This document shows positions 18,754-28,282 of a stretch of 64,000 nucleotides of DNA, in pieces. The translations under genes were made by a program, and so were the position numbers. The DNA is taken from NCBI GenBank assembly GCA_964514585.1, contig CAZETU010000003.1:32001-96000 (forward strand). The letters are read 5' to 3'. Numbering within the stretch: position 1 is the first letter of the stretch; each line of letters begins with the position of its first letter. Under the pieces are notes generated by a model. That model was given only the letters and a program-made list of their open reading frames with translations. It searched no databases and had not been told where the DNA came from. This DNA comes from Candidatus Woesearchaeota archaeon (lineage in GTDB: Archaea > Nanobdellota > Nanobdellia > Pacearchaeales > GW2011-AR1).

Positions 18754-19652
18754 TTTAGTTTTAGTTTTAGTAATTTATTTTTTGCTCCGAAATATCGGAT
18801 GACTGATTCACCTTCTTTTAGTCCTAACTTTAGGGCCTCTTGAATTGGTTTGTTTGCAATTATTCCTGCGACGAATCCTGCAGCGAACGCGTCTCCAGCT
18901 CCAGTTCTTTCGATGACTTTTATTTTATTTGGTTTGATTGAATATTTTTTTATACCGTCGTAAGCATATACTAATTTGTTTTTATCTGTTATGACGACGA
19001 TCTTTGGGCCCAGTTCTCTGAGAGAAGCTGTGAGATTACCTTTCTTTTTGTGTTTCTTTTGGAGGATTTCTGCTTCTTCTTTGTTAAGAATTAGGATGTC
19101 TGTTAATTTTAGGATGTTTGATAGGTTGATTTTTTTTATTAGATATTCGCTTGGATTGAATGCGAGTTTTGTTCCTTTTCTCTTTAATTTTTCTGCTAAT
19201 TTTTCTTGAGTTTTGAGGCTGTCTTTTAGGACGGAGGAATAGTATAGCCATTTGGTTTTGAATCGTGGGAGTTCTTTTATTTTGATATCGTTTCCTGGGC
19301 CTTTGAAAGTTAGGATGGTTCTGTTGTGTTCTTTGCTGTCGAGGATTATTGAGTGTCCTGTGCTGCCTGGCGTGATTGAGCCTAGGAATTTTATTTTTTC
19401 TTTTTTTAGCATCTTGAGGACATCTTCGCCGTCGTTGTCGTTTCCAATTTTGCAGATGCATCCGGTTTTGAATCCGAATCTTGAGAATGCGACCGCGGTG
19501 TTTGTTGCTCCTCCGCCGATGTCTGATTTTAAATTATGGACTAGAATTTTTGAGCCTGCTTGGTATGCGAATGAGTTTGTTTTTTTATTGAACTCAGTGT
19601 CGACGAATGTGTCTATTACTGCGCTTCCGAAAGTTACTATATCGAATTTCAT
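18750..19652 (-). CDS. PfkB/ribokinase-family carbohydrate kinase
   Basis: GGGATNTAV, LNKEEA and ERTGAGDAFAAGF motifs. Confidence 0.9.
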   Translation of the reverse strand: MKFDIVTFGSAVIDTFVDTEFNKKTNSFAYQAGSKILVHNLKSDIGGGATNTAVAFSRFGFKTGCICKIGNDNDGEDVLKMLKKEKIKFLGSITPGSTGHSIILDSKEHNRTILTFKGPGNDIKIKELPRFKTKWLYYSSVLKDSLKTQEKLAEKLKRKGTKLAFNPSEYLIKKINLSNILKLTDILILNKEEAEILQKKHKKKGNLTASLRELGPKIVVITDKNKLVYAYDGIKKYSIKPNKIKVIERTGAGDAFAAGFVAGIIANKPIQEALKLGLKEGESVIRYFGAKNKLLKLKLK

Positions 19653-19681
19653 CCTCTTTGTTAAAATTAGTGTTTAGATTG

Positions 19682-20848
19682 TTATAAAGGTTTTGGATTT
19701 TTGTAATATCCTAATGCTTTTAGTCCTGGGAGTTTTTCTCCTGCGATGTAGTTTAGGAGGGCTCCGCCGCTGAGGCTAATGTGATTGAATTTATTTTGTG
19801 GGAGTTTGTATTTTTTTATTGTGTCGCTTAGGTGTCCGCCACCGACGAGCGTGAAGCCTTTTGAGTTTGATATTGCTTTTAGAAGTTCGACTGTTCCTTT
19901 TGCGAAATTTTTATTTTGTGAATAACCTGCTGGACCTTTCATATAAATTGTCTTTGCTTTTTTGATTTCTTTTGTGTATTTTTTAATTGTTTCTTTACCT
20001 ATATCTTCTATTTCGTATTCTAACGGAAATTTTTCTAGCGGGAATTCTGTTCGTCCTTTTCCTTTTTGGACTGCGAAGTCAATTGGAGTTTGGACGTTTT
20101 TTTGTTTAGATTTTAATTTGGTTTTGAATTTTTTGTAGTCGCCCTTCACAAGTGTTGTTTTTTCTAGATATTTGTTTTGGTATCCTAAGTCTTTCCCACT
20201 TGAAACAAGGCAAAGTTGCCCAAATAGTCCGCATGCTAGGACTTTGTTTCCTTTTAGGAGTTTGATGTTTGATTCTGGCTTTGCTCCGCCGAGGACGTAT
20301 AGACAGTTTTTCATTGAGACTTTTTCTAGAGCTTTTAGTTCTTTTTCAACTAAGGGGCCTGGACAACTTGGGATTATTTTTGGAAAGCCTGTGATTGATG
20401 TGTGGTCTCTGTGGCAAACTGAGAATGCGTCGTTGATGTAGAGGTCGAAAAGTGGGGCCAATTTTTTTAGGAAGGGATTGTTTGTTTTTGGATTTAGCTC
20501 ATTTTTTTCTAGTCTGATGTTGTCTAAAAGTAAAGCTTGCCCTGATTTTAGATTTTTTATTGCTTTAATTGCTCTTGGCCCTAGGACATCGTTTATGAAA
20601 TTTACTTTTGTGTATTTGCTTAGTGCTTTGGCGTGTTGTTTCAGATTTAGGAAGTCTGGTTTGCCTGGGTTTCCTTGGTGGGCTATGATTACTATTTTTG
20701 CTTTTTGCTTTTTGAGATATGAAATTGTCTTGCTGGCTTGCTCAATTCTTTCTGATGAGATTATTTTTTTATTTTTTATGTCTGAGTTTAGGTCGGACCT
20801 TAGTAGAACTGTTTTGTTTTTTAATTTGAAATTTTTTAGGGTTTTCAT
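19682..20848 (-). CDS. pgk: Phosphoglycerate kinase
   Basis: LRSDLNS, AHQG, LLDNIR, NDAFSVCHR, LGGAK, GGGH and SLSGGA motifs. Confidence 0.95.
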   Translation of the reverse strand: MKTLKNFKLKNKTVLLRSDLNSDIKNKKIISSERIEQASKTISYLKKQKAKIVIIAHQGNPGKPDFLNLKQHAKALSKYTKVNFINDVLGPRAIKAIKNLKSGQALLLDNIRLEKNELNPKTNNPFLKKLAPLFDLYINDAFSVCHRDHTSITGFPKIIPSCPGPLVEKELKALEKVSMKNCLYVLGGAKPESNIKLLKGNKVLACGLFGQLCLVSSGKDLGYQNKYLEKTTLVKGDYKKFKTKLKSKQKNVQTPIDFAVQKGKGRTEFPLEKFPLEYEIEDIGKETIKKYTKEIKKAKTIYMKGPAGYSQNKNFAKGTVELLKAISNSKGFTLVGGGHLSDTIKKYKLPQNKFNHISLSGGALLNYIAGEKLPGLKALGYYKNPKPL

Positions 20849-20852
20849 GGAA

Positions 20853-21827
20853 TTATAATAGCTTGAGGGTATCTACCATTCTGCAGCTATATCCATATTC
20901 GTTGTCGTACCATGATAGAACTTTTACCATGTTCCCATTTGCCTTGGTTAGTTTAGAGTCAAAGATTGAGGAGTGGGTATTTCCTATGATGTCTGTTGAT
21001 ACGATTTCGTCTTCGGTATACTCTAATACTTCAGGGATTTTCTTTGATTTTTCTTTTATTGCTTTGTTAATTTCTTCGGCAGTTGCTGATTTTTTTAGTG
21101 TTACTACAAAATCTGTTATGCTTCCGCATGGCACTGGGGCTCTTACTGCCATCCCATCTAGTTTTCCTTTAAGGCTTGGGATTACTTGCGCTACTGCTGT
21201 TGCTGCGCCGGAGGATGTTGGGACTAAATTTATTGCGGCCGATCTTGCTCTTCTGAGATTTTTGTGTGGGGCGTCAAGTAATTTTTGGTCACCTGTGTAT
21301 GCATGAATTGTTGTCATGTAGCCCTTTTGTATTCCGAATTTGTCTTCGAGGATTTTTATTATTGGGGCGATGCAGTTTGTTGTGCATGAAGCCATAGAAA
21401 TAATTTTGTGATTTTTCTTTAGGTCTTTTTCGTTTACTCCTAGTACAATTGTTACATCTGATTCTGGTGCTGGAGCGGAGATTAAAACTTTTTTTGCACC
21501 TGCTGTTAAATGTTTAGATGAGTCTTCTTTCTTTTTGAATAATCCTGTTGATTCTATTACGACGTCGATTCCCAGTTTTTTCCATGGTAAATCTTCTGGG
21601 TTTTTCTTAGCGAATACTTCAATTTTTTTATTGTTTATTTTTATGAAGTTTTTTCCTGATTCAATTTTTTTATTGTAGACTCCGTAGACTGAATCGTATT
21701 TCAATAAGTAGGCGAGCGTTTTTGTGTCTGTTAAGTCGTTTATCGCTACGATGTTCACTCCTTTTTCTAAGGCTCTTTTCAGGATCGCTCTTCCAATCCT
21801 GCCGAACCCATTAATTGCAACTTTCAT
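20853..21827 (-). CDS. gap: Type I (bacterial-type) glyceraldehyde-3-phosphate dehydrogenase
   Basis: AINGFGRIGR, ESTG, ASCTTNC and SWYDNEYGY motifs. Confidence 0.97.
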   Translation of the reverse strand: MKVAINGFGRIGRAILKRALEKGVNIVAINDLTDTKTLAYLLKYDSVYGVYNKKIESGKNFIKINNKKIEVFAKKNPEDLPWKKLGIDVVIESTGLFKKKEDSSKHLTAGAKKVLISAPAPESDVTIVLGVNEKDLKKNHKIISMASCTTNCIAPIIKILEDKFGIQKGYMTTIHAYTGDQKLLDAPHKNLRRARSAAINLVPTSSGAATAVAQVIPSLKGKLDGMAVRAPVPCGSITDFVVTLKKSATAEEINKAIKEKSKKIPEVLEYTEDEIVSTDIIGNTHSSIFDSKLTKANGNMVKVLSWYDNEYGYSCRMVDTLKLL

Positions 21828-21831
21828 TCTT

Positions 21832-23814
21832 TTATCTCTTAAGACGTTTTTCTTTATTAATGTTTAGTTTTTCTAGTTTGTCTAGGTATTTGACGACGGC
21901 AATTATGAAGCCTGCGTGACTCCATGTTAGTGGGGCGACCGAGAGAGCTTCTCCTGTTAGTGGATTTATCTGCTCTGATAAGATTCCGGCATTTAGTGCT
22001 TTATCTGTTGTCCATTGTAAAAGTTCTTCTGCTGGTTTTAGTTCTTCAATTGTTTTTGCTTTGGCTATATGATACTCTGCTAACCACATTGTTGAGATGA
22101 ACCAGGGATTTTCTGGTGCGTTTTTTATTCGGTAGTAGAAATCGTTTTCGTAACGACACATTCCTCCGGTTTTTTCTTTGCACCAAAGTTTTCCGAGGGT
22201 TTCGTTCATTGTTGTTTCAAGCCTTGGGTCGTCTATATCTAATATTTTATATTCGAATAGTCCGTATACTGTGCTTGAATCTATTGTTTGGTCTTTTTGT
22301 ATTTTGTTTTTGTCGTCGTAATAAATTCCTTTTATGAAGATTTTTCTTTTTTGGTCGTATAGGTATTTTATTGTAGCTTCTTTTACTTCTTCTGCCGCTT
22401 TTTTGTACTTTTGTGCGTCTTTCTTCTTTTCTAATATTTCGCTGAAGTTTTTTGCTGCTTGTAGACCTGCGTATACCGTTGCGCAAGTGAATGTGTGAAC
22501 TCCTAATTTTTCTTCCCAAAGATCGTAGCTTTCTTTTGGTAGTTTTGTTTTTGGATCTCTAAAGTCAACCAAGAAATCTCCGGATTTTTTTATGAAATTT
22601 TGATACATGTTTTTTACTGTTTTGATATTTTTGCATTCACAGTAGTTTTTCCACAGTGCGTCTAAAACTAATGCGGTTTCATCTTCTTGAATTGGTAGCT
22701 GCACCCTGTTTCCCTTTAGCCATGAGTGCCATGAACTTCCGAGTGAACCATCTGGTCTGTATTTGTGGAATAGGTATCCATTTTCGCTGGCAAGATCTGT
22801 GCAAAAATTGAAGAACCTGTTTGTGATATCGAAGTGTCCGACGCGGTCTAGGGATCTTGCGATTAGGGCCCCATCTCTTGGCCACATGTAAGAGTAGGTA
22901 TCTTTTTTGTAGTGGAATGTGTGGGTGTCATTTGCTGCGATTATTGCTCCTCTGTTGTCTGTTTGTGCTCGGACTATTAGCAAGGATCTTTTGAATAATT
23001 CTTGAATGTCGTCGCTTAGGTGCTCGAAGTCTATTGGTTTTTTATTTACCCATTTAATCCAATGTTGTTCTGTTTCTTTGAGAAGTTTTGTTGTAGTTTT
23101 TTTTATGATGAAATTTTTTAGATTTTGAACTTCGCTGTGTTTTGTTCCCACGGCAATCCAATAATCTATTGCTTGATTTTCCTTTCCTTTTATGTTTAGC
23201 GTGAACCCAATTGTTGAGTCTACTGAACCATGTTCTATTGGGTTTTTACTCAGAGAACCATCTTCAGCGTCGACGTAGGTTCCGAGTTTTTTACTTACTC
23301 CTCCTGCGGCTCCTGTTGCGTAATCGTCAAATGTTTTTTTGTTTGCGGTTCCGCCTATCAGGAAATATCTTTTTCCTTTGTAATTTATTATCGATTCTAG
23401 GTTTGGGTTATAATATACCGTGTCTCCAATGTTTGCTTCTGAGATGTGGAAATGTTGAGAAAAGAATACTTTTATTTTTCTTTTTTCTTTTCTTAGATTT
23501 TCTACTTTTACTTGTCTTAGGAAAATGTTTTTTTCGTGATGAACGGCTTCGTTCATTGTGAGCCTAATTCCAAGTTCTTCGTTTGTTGCTTTAATTTCAC
23601 TTACTAGGGAGTCTTTTTTATAGTCTATTAATATTTTCCAGCTGTCTTTGTTTATCCAGCTGAATTTTTTGTCGACCCAAACTCCTGTTCTGTGATGATG
23701 GCTCGAAACGTGATTTTCTTGTCCGACGTATGGGTAATAGAAGTCTCGGATGTTTGCGTTTTTGTCTAGGCAGACGAGAATATTTCCGTTGCCGAGAATT
23801 ACATGTCGGGTCAT
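21832..23814 (-). CDS. GH15 glucoamylase
   Basis: ILGNG..., GAIIAA, YMWPRDGA, QEDETA, DLWEE, RYENDFY and SEQ...PLTWSHA motifs. Confidence 0.9.
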   Translation of the reverse strand: MTRHVILGNGNILVCLDKNANIRDFYYPYVGQENHVSSHHHRTGVWVDKKFSWINKDSWKILIDYKKDSLVSEIKATNEELGIRLTMNEAVHHEKNIFLRQVKVENLRKEKRKIKVFFSQHFHISEANIGDTVYYNPNLESIINYKGKRYFLIGGTANKKTFDDYATGAAGGVSKKLGTYVDAEDGSLSKNPIEHGSVDSTIGFTLNIKGKENQAIDYWIAVGTKHSEVQNLKNFIIKKTTTKLLKETEQHWIKWVNKKPIDFEHLSDDIQELFKRSLLIVRAQTDNRGAIIAANDTHTFHYKKDTYSYMWPRDGALIARSLDRVGHFDITNRFFNFCTDLASENGYLFHKYRPDGSLGSSWHSWLKGNRVQLPIQEDETALVLDALWKNYCECKNIKTVKNMYQNFIKKSGDFLVDFRDPKTKLPKESYDLWEEKLGVHTFTCATVYAGLQAAKNFSEILEKKKDAQKYKKAAEEVKEATIKYLYDQKRKIFIKGIYYDDKNKIQKDQTIDSSTVYGLFEYKILDIDDPRLETTMNETLGKLWCKEKTGGMCRYENDFYYRIKNAPENPWFISTMWLAEYHIAKAKTIEELKPAEELLQWTTDKALNAGILSEQINPLTGEALSVAPLTWSHAGFIIAVVKYLDKLEKLNINKEKRLKR

Positions 23815-23821
23815 TTGAACC

Positions 23822-24136
23822 TCAGGATGATTTATCCATATTTTTTTTGATGTAAGTGATACGTGTCCTGATTTTTCTTGCCATTGATTTTGCGTCTTTT
23901 GCGTCTCTGACGTTGTTTGCTAATTTTACATCACCGATGACGTCATATATCCAAGCTGAAAAGTCGTTTTTCTCTGAATTGACGTGATAATTAAAGGCCT
24001 TTTCTTTCATTTTTCTGAGACCTTTTGTTAGTTCTTCGAGATTGCAAAAAACACTTGAATCTATACAGGAGAATTTTTTATCTTCTAGAGTATTTGATAA
24101 TATTAGCTCTGCTTTTTCGAAATCTATTTTAACCAT
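23822..24136 (-). CDS. Small DUF5752-like protein A
   Basis: F.YHVNSEKNDFSAWI.DVIGD..LA motif; paralog of 24883-25194. Confidence 0.65.
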   Translation of the reverse strand: MVKIDFEKAELILSNTLEDKKFSCIDSSVFCNLEELTKGLRKMKEKAFNYHVNSEKNDFSAWIYDVIGDVKLANNVRDAKDAKSMARKIRTRITYIKKNMDKSS

Positions 24137-24890
24137 TTTTTTTAGCCTTCTTTTTCTTTTTTGAAAAAAATGATTTTTTGTAGTTTTCCCCAACAAGAGA
24201 TCCTGCTAATTTTTTGTAAGCGTGAGAAATGTCTTGGGTTGGTGCGTAGCTGACTACTGGAACCATTTTGGAGGTCGCTGCTAATACTTTTATGTTGTTT
24301 GGCAAACTTGCCAGGACTTTTACTTCTGAGGCTTGAGCGATGTCTTTTGAGCCTAATTCGAATCTTTTTTTGTGGACTTTATTTAAGACGATTCCTCTGA
24401 TTGGGGCTTTTTTTTCTTTTGCTATGTTGATTGCATGTAATGTTGAACTCAGTGTTGGGTAATCTGGAGAGCTTACAACTAGTATTTCGTCTGAAGCTGC
24501 CATTGTTGCTACCATTTCGTCGTTTAGTGAAGGTGATGAATCGATAAGTATTATGTCGTAGATTTCTCTTAGTGGGTCGATTTTTTCTTTTAGTAATAGT
24601 GTATCTACTGGATTTGGCGCGAGTTTTCCTGGTATGATGTGGAACCCAAGGTCGTGTTGATAGATTGCTTCGTATATTGAATATTCGTCGTTTAGAACAG
24701 GGTGTAAATTATGATCTGGATTTATTATTCCTACGTGTAATCCAAGGTGTGGAGTTGAGAAATTTGCATCAATAATTAAAACTTTTTTTTGAAATTCTTC
24801 TGCGAGTGCGGCTCCAAGATTTGCGACAACAGTTGTTTTTCCAACGCCGCCCTTTAATGCAATAATACCAAAGACTTTTGCATCAGCCAT
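24129..24890 (-). CDS. MinD/ParA-family ATPase
   Basis: Deviant Walker A KGGVGKTT, IIDA and ILIDSSP motifs. Confidence 0.9.
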   Translation of the reverse strand: MADAKVFGIIALKGGVGKTTVVANLGAALAEEFQKKVLIIDANFSTPHLGLHVGIINPDHNLHPVLNDEYSIYEAIYQHDLGFHIIPGKLAPNPVDTLLLKEKIDPLREIYDIILIDSSPSLNDEMVATMAASDEILVVSSPDYPTLSSTLHAINIAKEKKAPIRGIVLNKVHKKRFELGSKDIAQASEVKVLASLPNNIKVLAATSKMVPVVSYAPTQDISHAYKKLAGSLVGENYKKSFFSKKKKKAKKNG

Positions 24891-25194
24891 TTGCAATTGC
24901 GTCTTTTATTTGGTTGATTACGCCTTTTTTTGTTTTCTTTGATTTGTTTTCCATTCTTTCTTCAATTGCTGCAATCATTTCCTTCCGGTTATCGATTTGC
25001 TTTAATCTTTTTGATAGGGGTCCATCTTTTAGAATCTCCTTGGTCCAGTTAACAAAATCATTTCTTGCAGAATTAACGTGTCCGGAAAAGGTATTATCGT
25101 TGACATTTTTTACCCATTCTAACATTTCTTTTTTGCTTCTTAGTGTTTGTTCGTCACATGTATAAAAAAAATGTTCACTTTTTCTAATTACCAT
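24883..25194 (-). CDS. Small DUF5752-like protein B
   Basis: F.GHVNSARNDFVNWTKEILKD motif. Confidence 0.65.
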   Translation of the reverse strand: MVIRKSEHFFYTCDEQTLRSKKEMLEWVKNVNDNTFSGHVNSARNDFVNWTKEILKDGPLSKRLKQIDNRKEMIAAIEERMENKSKKTKKGVINQIKDAIANG

Positions 25195-25231
25195 TTTGCG
25201 CTCCTCTTTATTTATTTTAATTAATTTATCT

Positions 25232-26479
25232 TTATAAATGTTCCTTTGAAATTTCGATTATCTCTGAGGATGAATCATTTTTTGATAGATTATCTATTCG
25301 AATTTCGAGGTCGTGGAGGACATTCATAAAGCTGATGAATGCGTCGTATGGACTATCGTATGGACTGAAGTATTTGTGAACGTCACCGTCGGAAAACCAT
25401 TTAGTGCACATGTAATAAAAGTGATCTGATGTTTGTAGTTTTCTCCATTTATGAATTAGATTTTTGTCTTTTGTCTTTAGAACTTTGAATCCGAGAGCGT
25501 AAATTCTATTAATTGCGGCGTGCTGCATGTCGTTGCCTAGCCATGCACTTAAATCTCTTTCTAGGTCTGCCCATGAGATGTAGTGTGGTACGTCGCATTC
25601 GCCTACATGGTTATATGATTCGATGATTTCTGAGGGTGTTTTAAAATTGTTATCTGGATGTTTTAGTATTTCTGTTGGTAAGTGTTTTAGGAAGTTAAAG
25701 ATTCCCGTGTCTTCCCATTGGTGTTCTCCAAACGTTTCGTAGTCCATGAATAGATTTATGACGTCTCCGTTTCCGTTGACTGCGTTTACCCACTTCGCAT
25801 ATTTTGGAGCGGTTAGTGGGAATTCTTTCCAGCTTTTTTCTGAGAATCTGAAGGCGATGTCGTCGCTGAGTTTGTAGTTTTTTAAAAGAAGTTTTATGTT
25901 ATTGGCACCTGTTGGTTTGTATAAAAAATTTGGTGATTTCCATCCGAGGATGTGATCTGCACCTTCTGCTAAGATTCCTTTGTATCCCATTGATTCGACC
26001 TCTTTTGCAATTGCGTTGTTGTAGATTAGTTCTGTGTTTCGGAAAACTTTTGGAGTTACGTTGAATAGTCTTTCGATTAGTTCTCTGTGTAGTCTTACTT
26101 GTTCTCGGAATTCGCCTTTTGAGTAGAGGAATGCTAGAGAGTGGTAGTATGTTTCTTCGAGGACTTCGGCTCTTCCTGTTGCGACTAATTTTTGAAATGA
26201 TTCGAGGACTTCTGGGGCGAATTCTTCGAGTTGTTCGAGAAAGACTCCTGAGAATGAGAAGCTTATTTTGAATTCTGGGTGTTGATCCAGGAGTTCGAGA
26301 AGTAGAGCGTTTGTTGGTAGGTAGCATTTTCTTGCGACTTTTCTAAGGACAAATGCATTATTGACGCTAGTTTCGGAATTGTCGGAGAAATAGTTTTCAT
26401 CTTGGCCGATGTCGAAGATTGAATATTTTTTGATTCTGTATGGTTGGTGGACTTGGAAGTAGAGGCAGATTGATACCAT
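25232..26479 (-). CDS. GH57 alpha-amylase-like glycoside hydrolase
   Basis: YFQVHQP, EETYYHSL, FRNTELIY, DYETFGEHQ, SWAD and LQTSDHFYY motifs; ATG overlaps the upstream TAA. Confidence 0.92.
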   Translation of the reverse strand: MVSICLYFQVHQPYRIKKYSIFDIGQDENYFSDNSETSVNNAFVLRKVARKCYLPTNALLLELLDQHPEFKISFSFSGVFLEQLEEFAPEVLESFQKLVATGRAEVLEETYYHSLAFLYSKGEFREQVRLHRELIERLFNVTPKVFRNTELIYNNAIAKEVESMGYKGILAEGADHILGWKSPNFLYKPTGANNIKLLLKNYKLSDDIAFRFSEKSWKEFPLTAPKYAKWVNAVNGNGDVINLFMDYETFGEHQWEDTGIFNFLKHLPTEILKHPDNNFKTPSEIIESYNHVGECDVPHYISWADLERDLSAWLGNDMQHAAINRIYALGFKVLKTKDKNLIHKWRKLQTSDHFYYMCTKWFSDGDVHKYFSPYDSPYDAFISFMNVLHDLEIRIDNLSKNDSSSEIIEISKEHL

Positions 26480-27696
26480 TAATTTTTTCTCCCTAGTGTT
26501 TGATCGTAGATGTCGATGCAACGTGCAGCTGGTTCTTTCCAGCTGAATTTTTTTACTTCTTTTACTCCGTTTTCTTTTAGAGTTTTATGTAGCTCTCCAT
26601 GTCTTAAGATTGATACTATTTTGTTTGCCATTTCATCCGTATTCCAGAAATCGGTTTTTAGGCAATGTGTTAGTACTTCAGAGACGCCTGATTGATGTGA
26701 AATTAGGACGGGGGTTCCGCACATTAGTGATTCTAATGGTGTGATTCCGAAAGGTTCGGATACTGAGGGCATGACGTAGAGGTCGGCCATTTGGTATGCT
26801 TCGTGAATGTCTTTTCCTCGGAGGAATCCTGTAAAAATGAATTTATCTGCAATTCCGAGTTCTGCGACTCTTCTAATTGTTGCTTTTTCCATATCTCCTG
26901 AGCCGGCTACGACGAAAATAACATCCGGATAATATTCTAAAACTTTTTTTGCTGCTGCTACGAAATAATCTGGACCTTTTTGTAGTGTTAATCTTCCTAG
27001 GAATAGTACTATTTTTTTGGTTTTCTTTAGTTCGTGCATTTGATCTAGTGCGTAATTTTCGAATTCAACAGCGTTGTGGACGACTCTTACTTTTTCTGGG
27101 GCGATGCCGTAGCTTTCTATGATTCTGTTCCTTGTTAAGTTGCTGACTGCGATTACAGTGTCTGCTTCTTCCATCCCTTTTTTCTCGATGTTATAGACAT
27201 ATTGGTTTACCTCGTTTCCACCGCCTCGGTCAAATTCTGTTGCATGGACGTGGACGACCAAATGTTTTCCTGAGACTTTTTTTGCTGCGATTGCGGCTTT
27301 GTAGGTTAACCAGTCGTGGGCGTGGATTATGTCGAATTCTTCTTGTTCGGCGATTTGACCACCAATTGCTCCATATCTTTCAACTTCTTCAAATAAATTA
27401 TTTCCGTAGATTTGCTTGGTTTTCTTTTCTTCTTCTGATAATCTGTATTCGTAACTTTCTTCGGTGGCGTATGCTTGAAGTGGCGAGTTTACGAAATATT
27501 GTTTTTTTATTACGCTTTTTGTTTCGTCACCGAATACCATTTTTAAGAAATCAACGTCGATATCAACTTTTCTTGGGAGAACGAATGTCACGTCTACGTC
27601 GTGTTTGCTTAGTCCTCGTGTTAGACCAAAGCAAGCAGTACCAAGCCCTCCACTGTTAAAAGGAGGGAATTCCCAGCCAAACATTAAAACCTTCAT
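26479..27696 (-). CDS. GT4 glycosyltransferase (glycogen synthase-like)
   Basis: GWEFPPFNSGGLG, HAHDW, HATE, LGRLTLQKG and PSVSEPFGITPLE motifs. Confidence 0.9.
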   Translation of the reverse strand: MKVLMFGWEFPPFNSGGLGTACFGLTRGLSKHDVDVTFVLPRKVDIDVDFLKMVFGDETKSVIKKQYFVNSPLQAYATEESYEYRLSEEEKKTKQIYGNNLFEEVERYGAIGGQIAEQEEFDIIHAHDWLTYKAAIAAKKVSGKHLVVHVHATEFDRGGGNEVNQYVYNIEKKGMEEADTVIAVSNLTRNRIIESYGIAPEKVRVVHNAVEFENYALDQMHELKKTKKIVLFLGRLTLQKGPDYFVAAAKKVLEYYPDVIFVVAGSGDMEKATIRRVAELGIADKFIFTGFLRGKDIHEAYQMADLYVMPSVSEPFGITPLESLMCGTPVLISHQSGVSEVLTHCLKTDFWNTDEMANKIVSILRHGELHKTLKENGVKEVKKFSWKEPAARCIDIYDQTLGRKN

Positions 27697-27795
27697 TTTT
27701 GCCCCTTTGTGTTTATATTTATTATTTCTTTTTCTTACTTATTAAAGGTTGCGATAATTTTTAGAGTTTTGAGGGTTTATTTTAGAAAGAATGAA

Positions 27796-27867
27796 TGCGC
27801 GGGCCGGGAATTGAACCCGGGCCCCAACGTTGGCAACGTCGAATAATAACCACTATACTACCCACGC
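27796..27867 (-). tRNA. tRNA-Gly (anticodon GCC), intron-less, CCA not encoded
   Basis: Reverse complement GCGTGGGTAGTATAGTGG...CGACG-TTGCCAA-CGTTG...GGTTCAATTCC...CCCGCGCA folds into a cloverleaf. Confidence 0.97.
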
Positions 27868-27958
27868 ATGTAATTTCTATAATTTTGTTGTTTAAAAATA
27901 TTTGTTAATTGTTTGTTGTTTTGAAAATATTTATAAAGAATATAGCTTTCTTTATTTA

Positions 27959-28258
27959 ATGGGAACATTGGGGTTGATATTGATACTTTTAGTTGTTTTG
28001 GTTGTTTTAGTTATTGTTAAAATTTATTTAGTTGATCGTAGGGGCAAAGTGGCTGTTAAAGAAGGAAATGAATTAGAAATTTTTAATGATTTAAAAAAAG
28101 AATTTGATGGGTATCATGAAGCAGGTAATATGAAAAAAGCGAGGGAGATATTTAAGCAGCTTAAGAATTTGTATAAACATTTGCCCAATGAGGAGAAGAT
28201 GAGGGTGAATATGGATTGGGATTTCGGAAAAGTAAAAAAAGAAATTATTAATAGATAG
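27959..28258 (+). CDS. Hypothetical protein with N-terminal TM helix
   Basis: ATG at 27959, MGTLGLILILLVVLVVLVIV, followed by a charged helical tail. Confidence 0.6.
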   Translation: MGTLGLILILLVVLVVLVIVKIYLVDRRGKVAVKEGNELEIFNDLKKEFDGYHEAGNMKKAREIFKQLKNLYKHLPNEEKMRVNMDWDFGKVKKEIINR

Positions 28259-28282
28259 GGGATGACGTAAAATATTTGTTAA

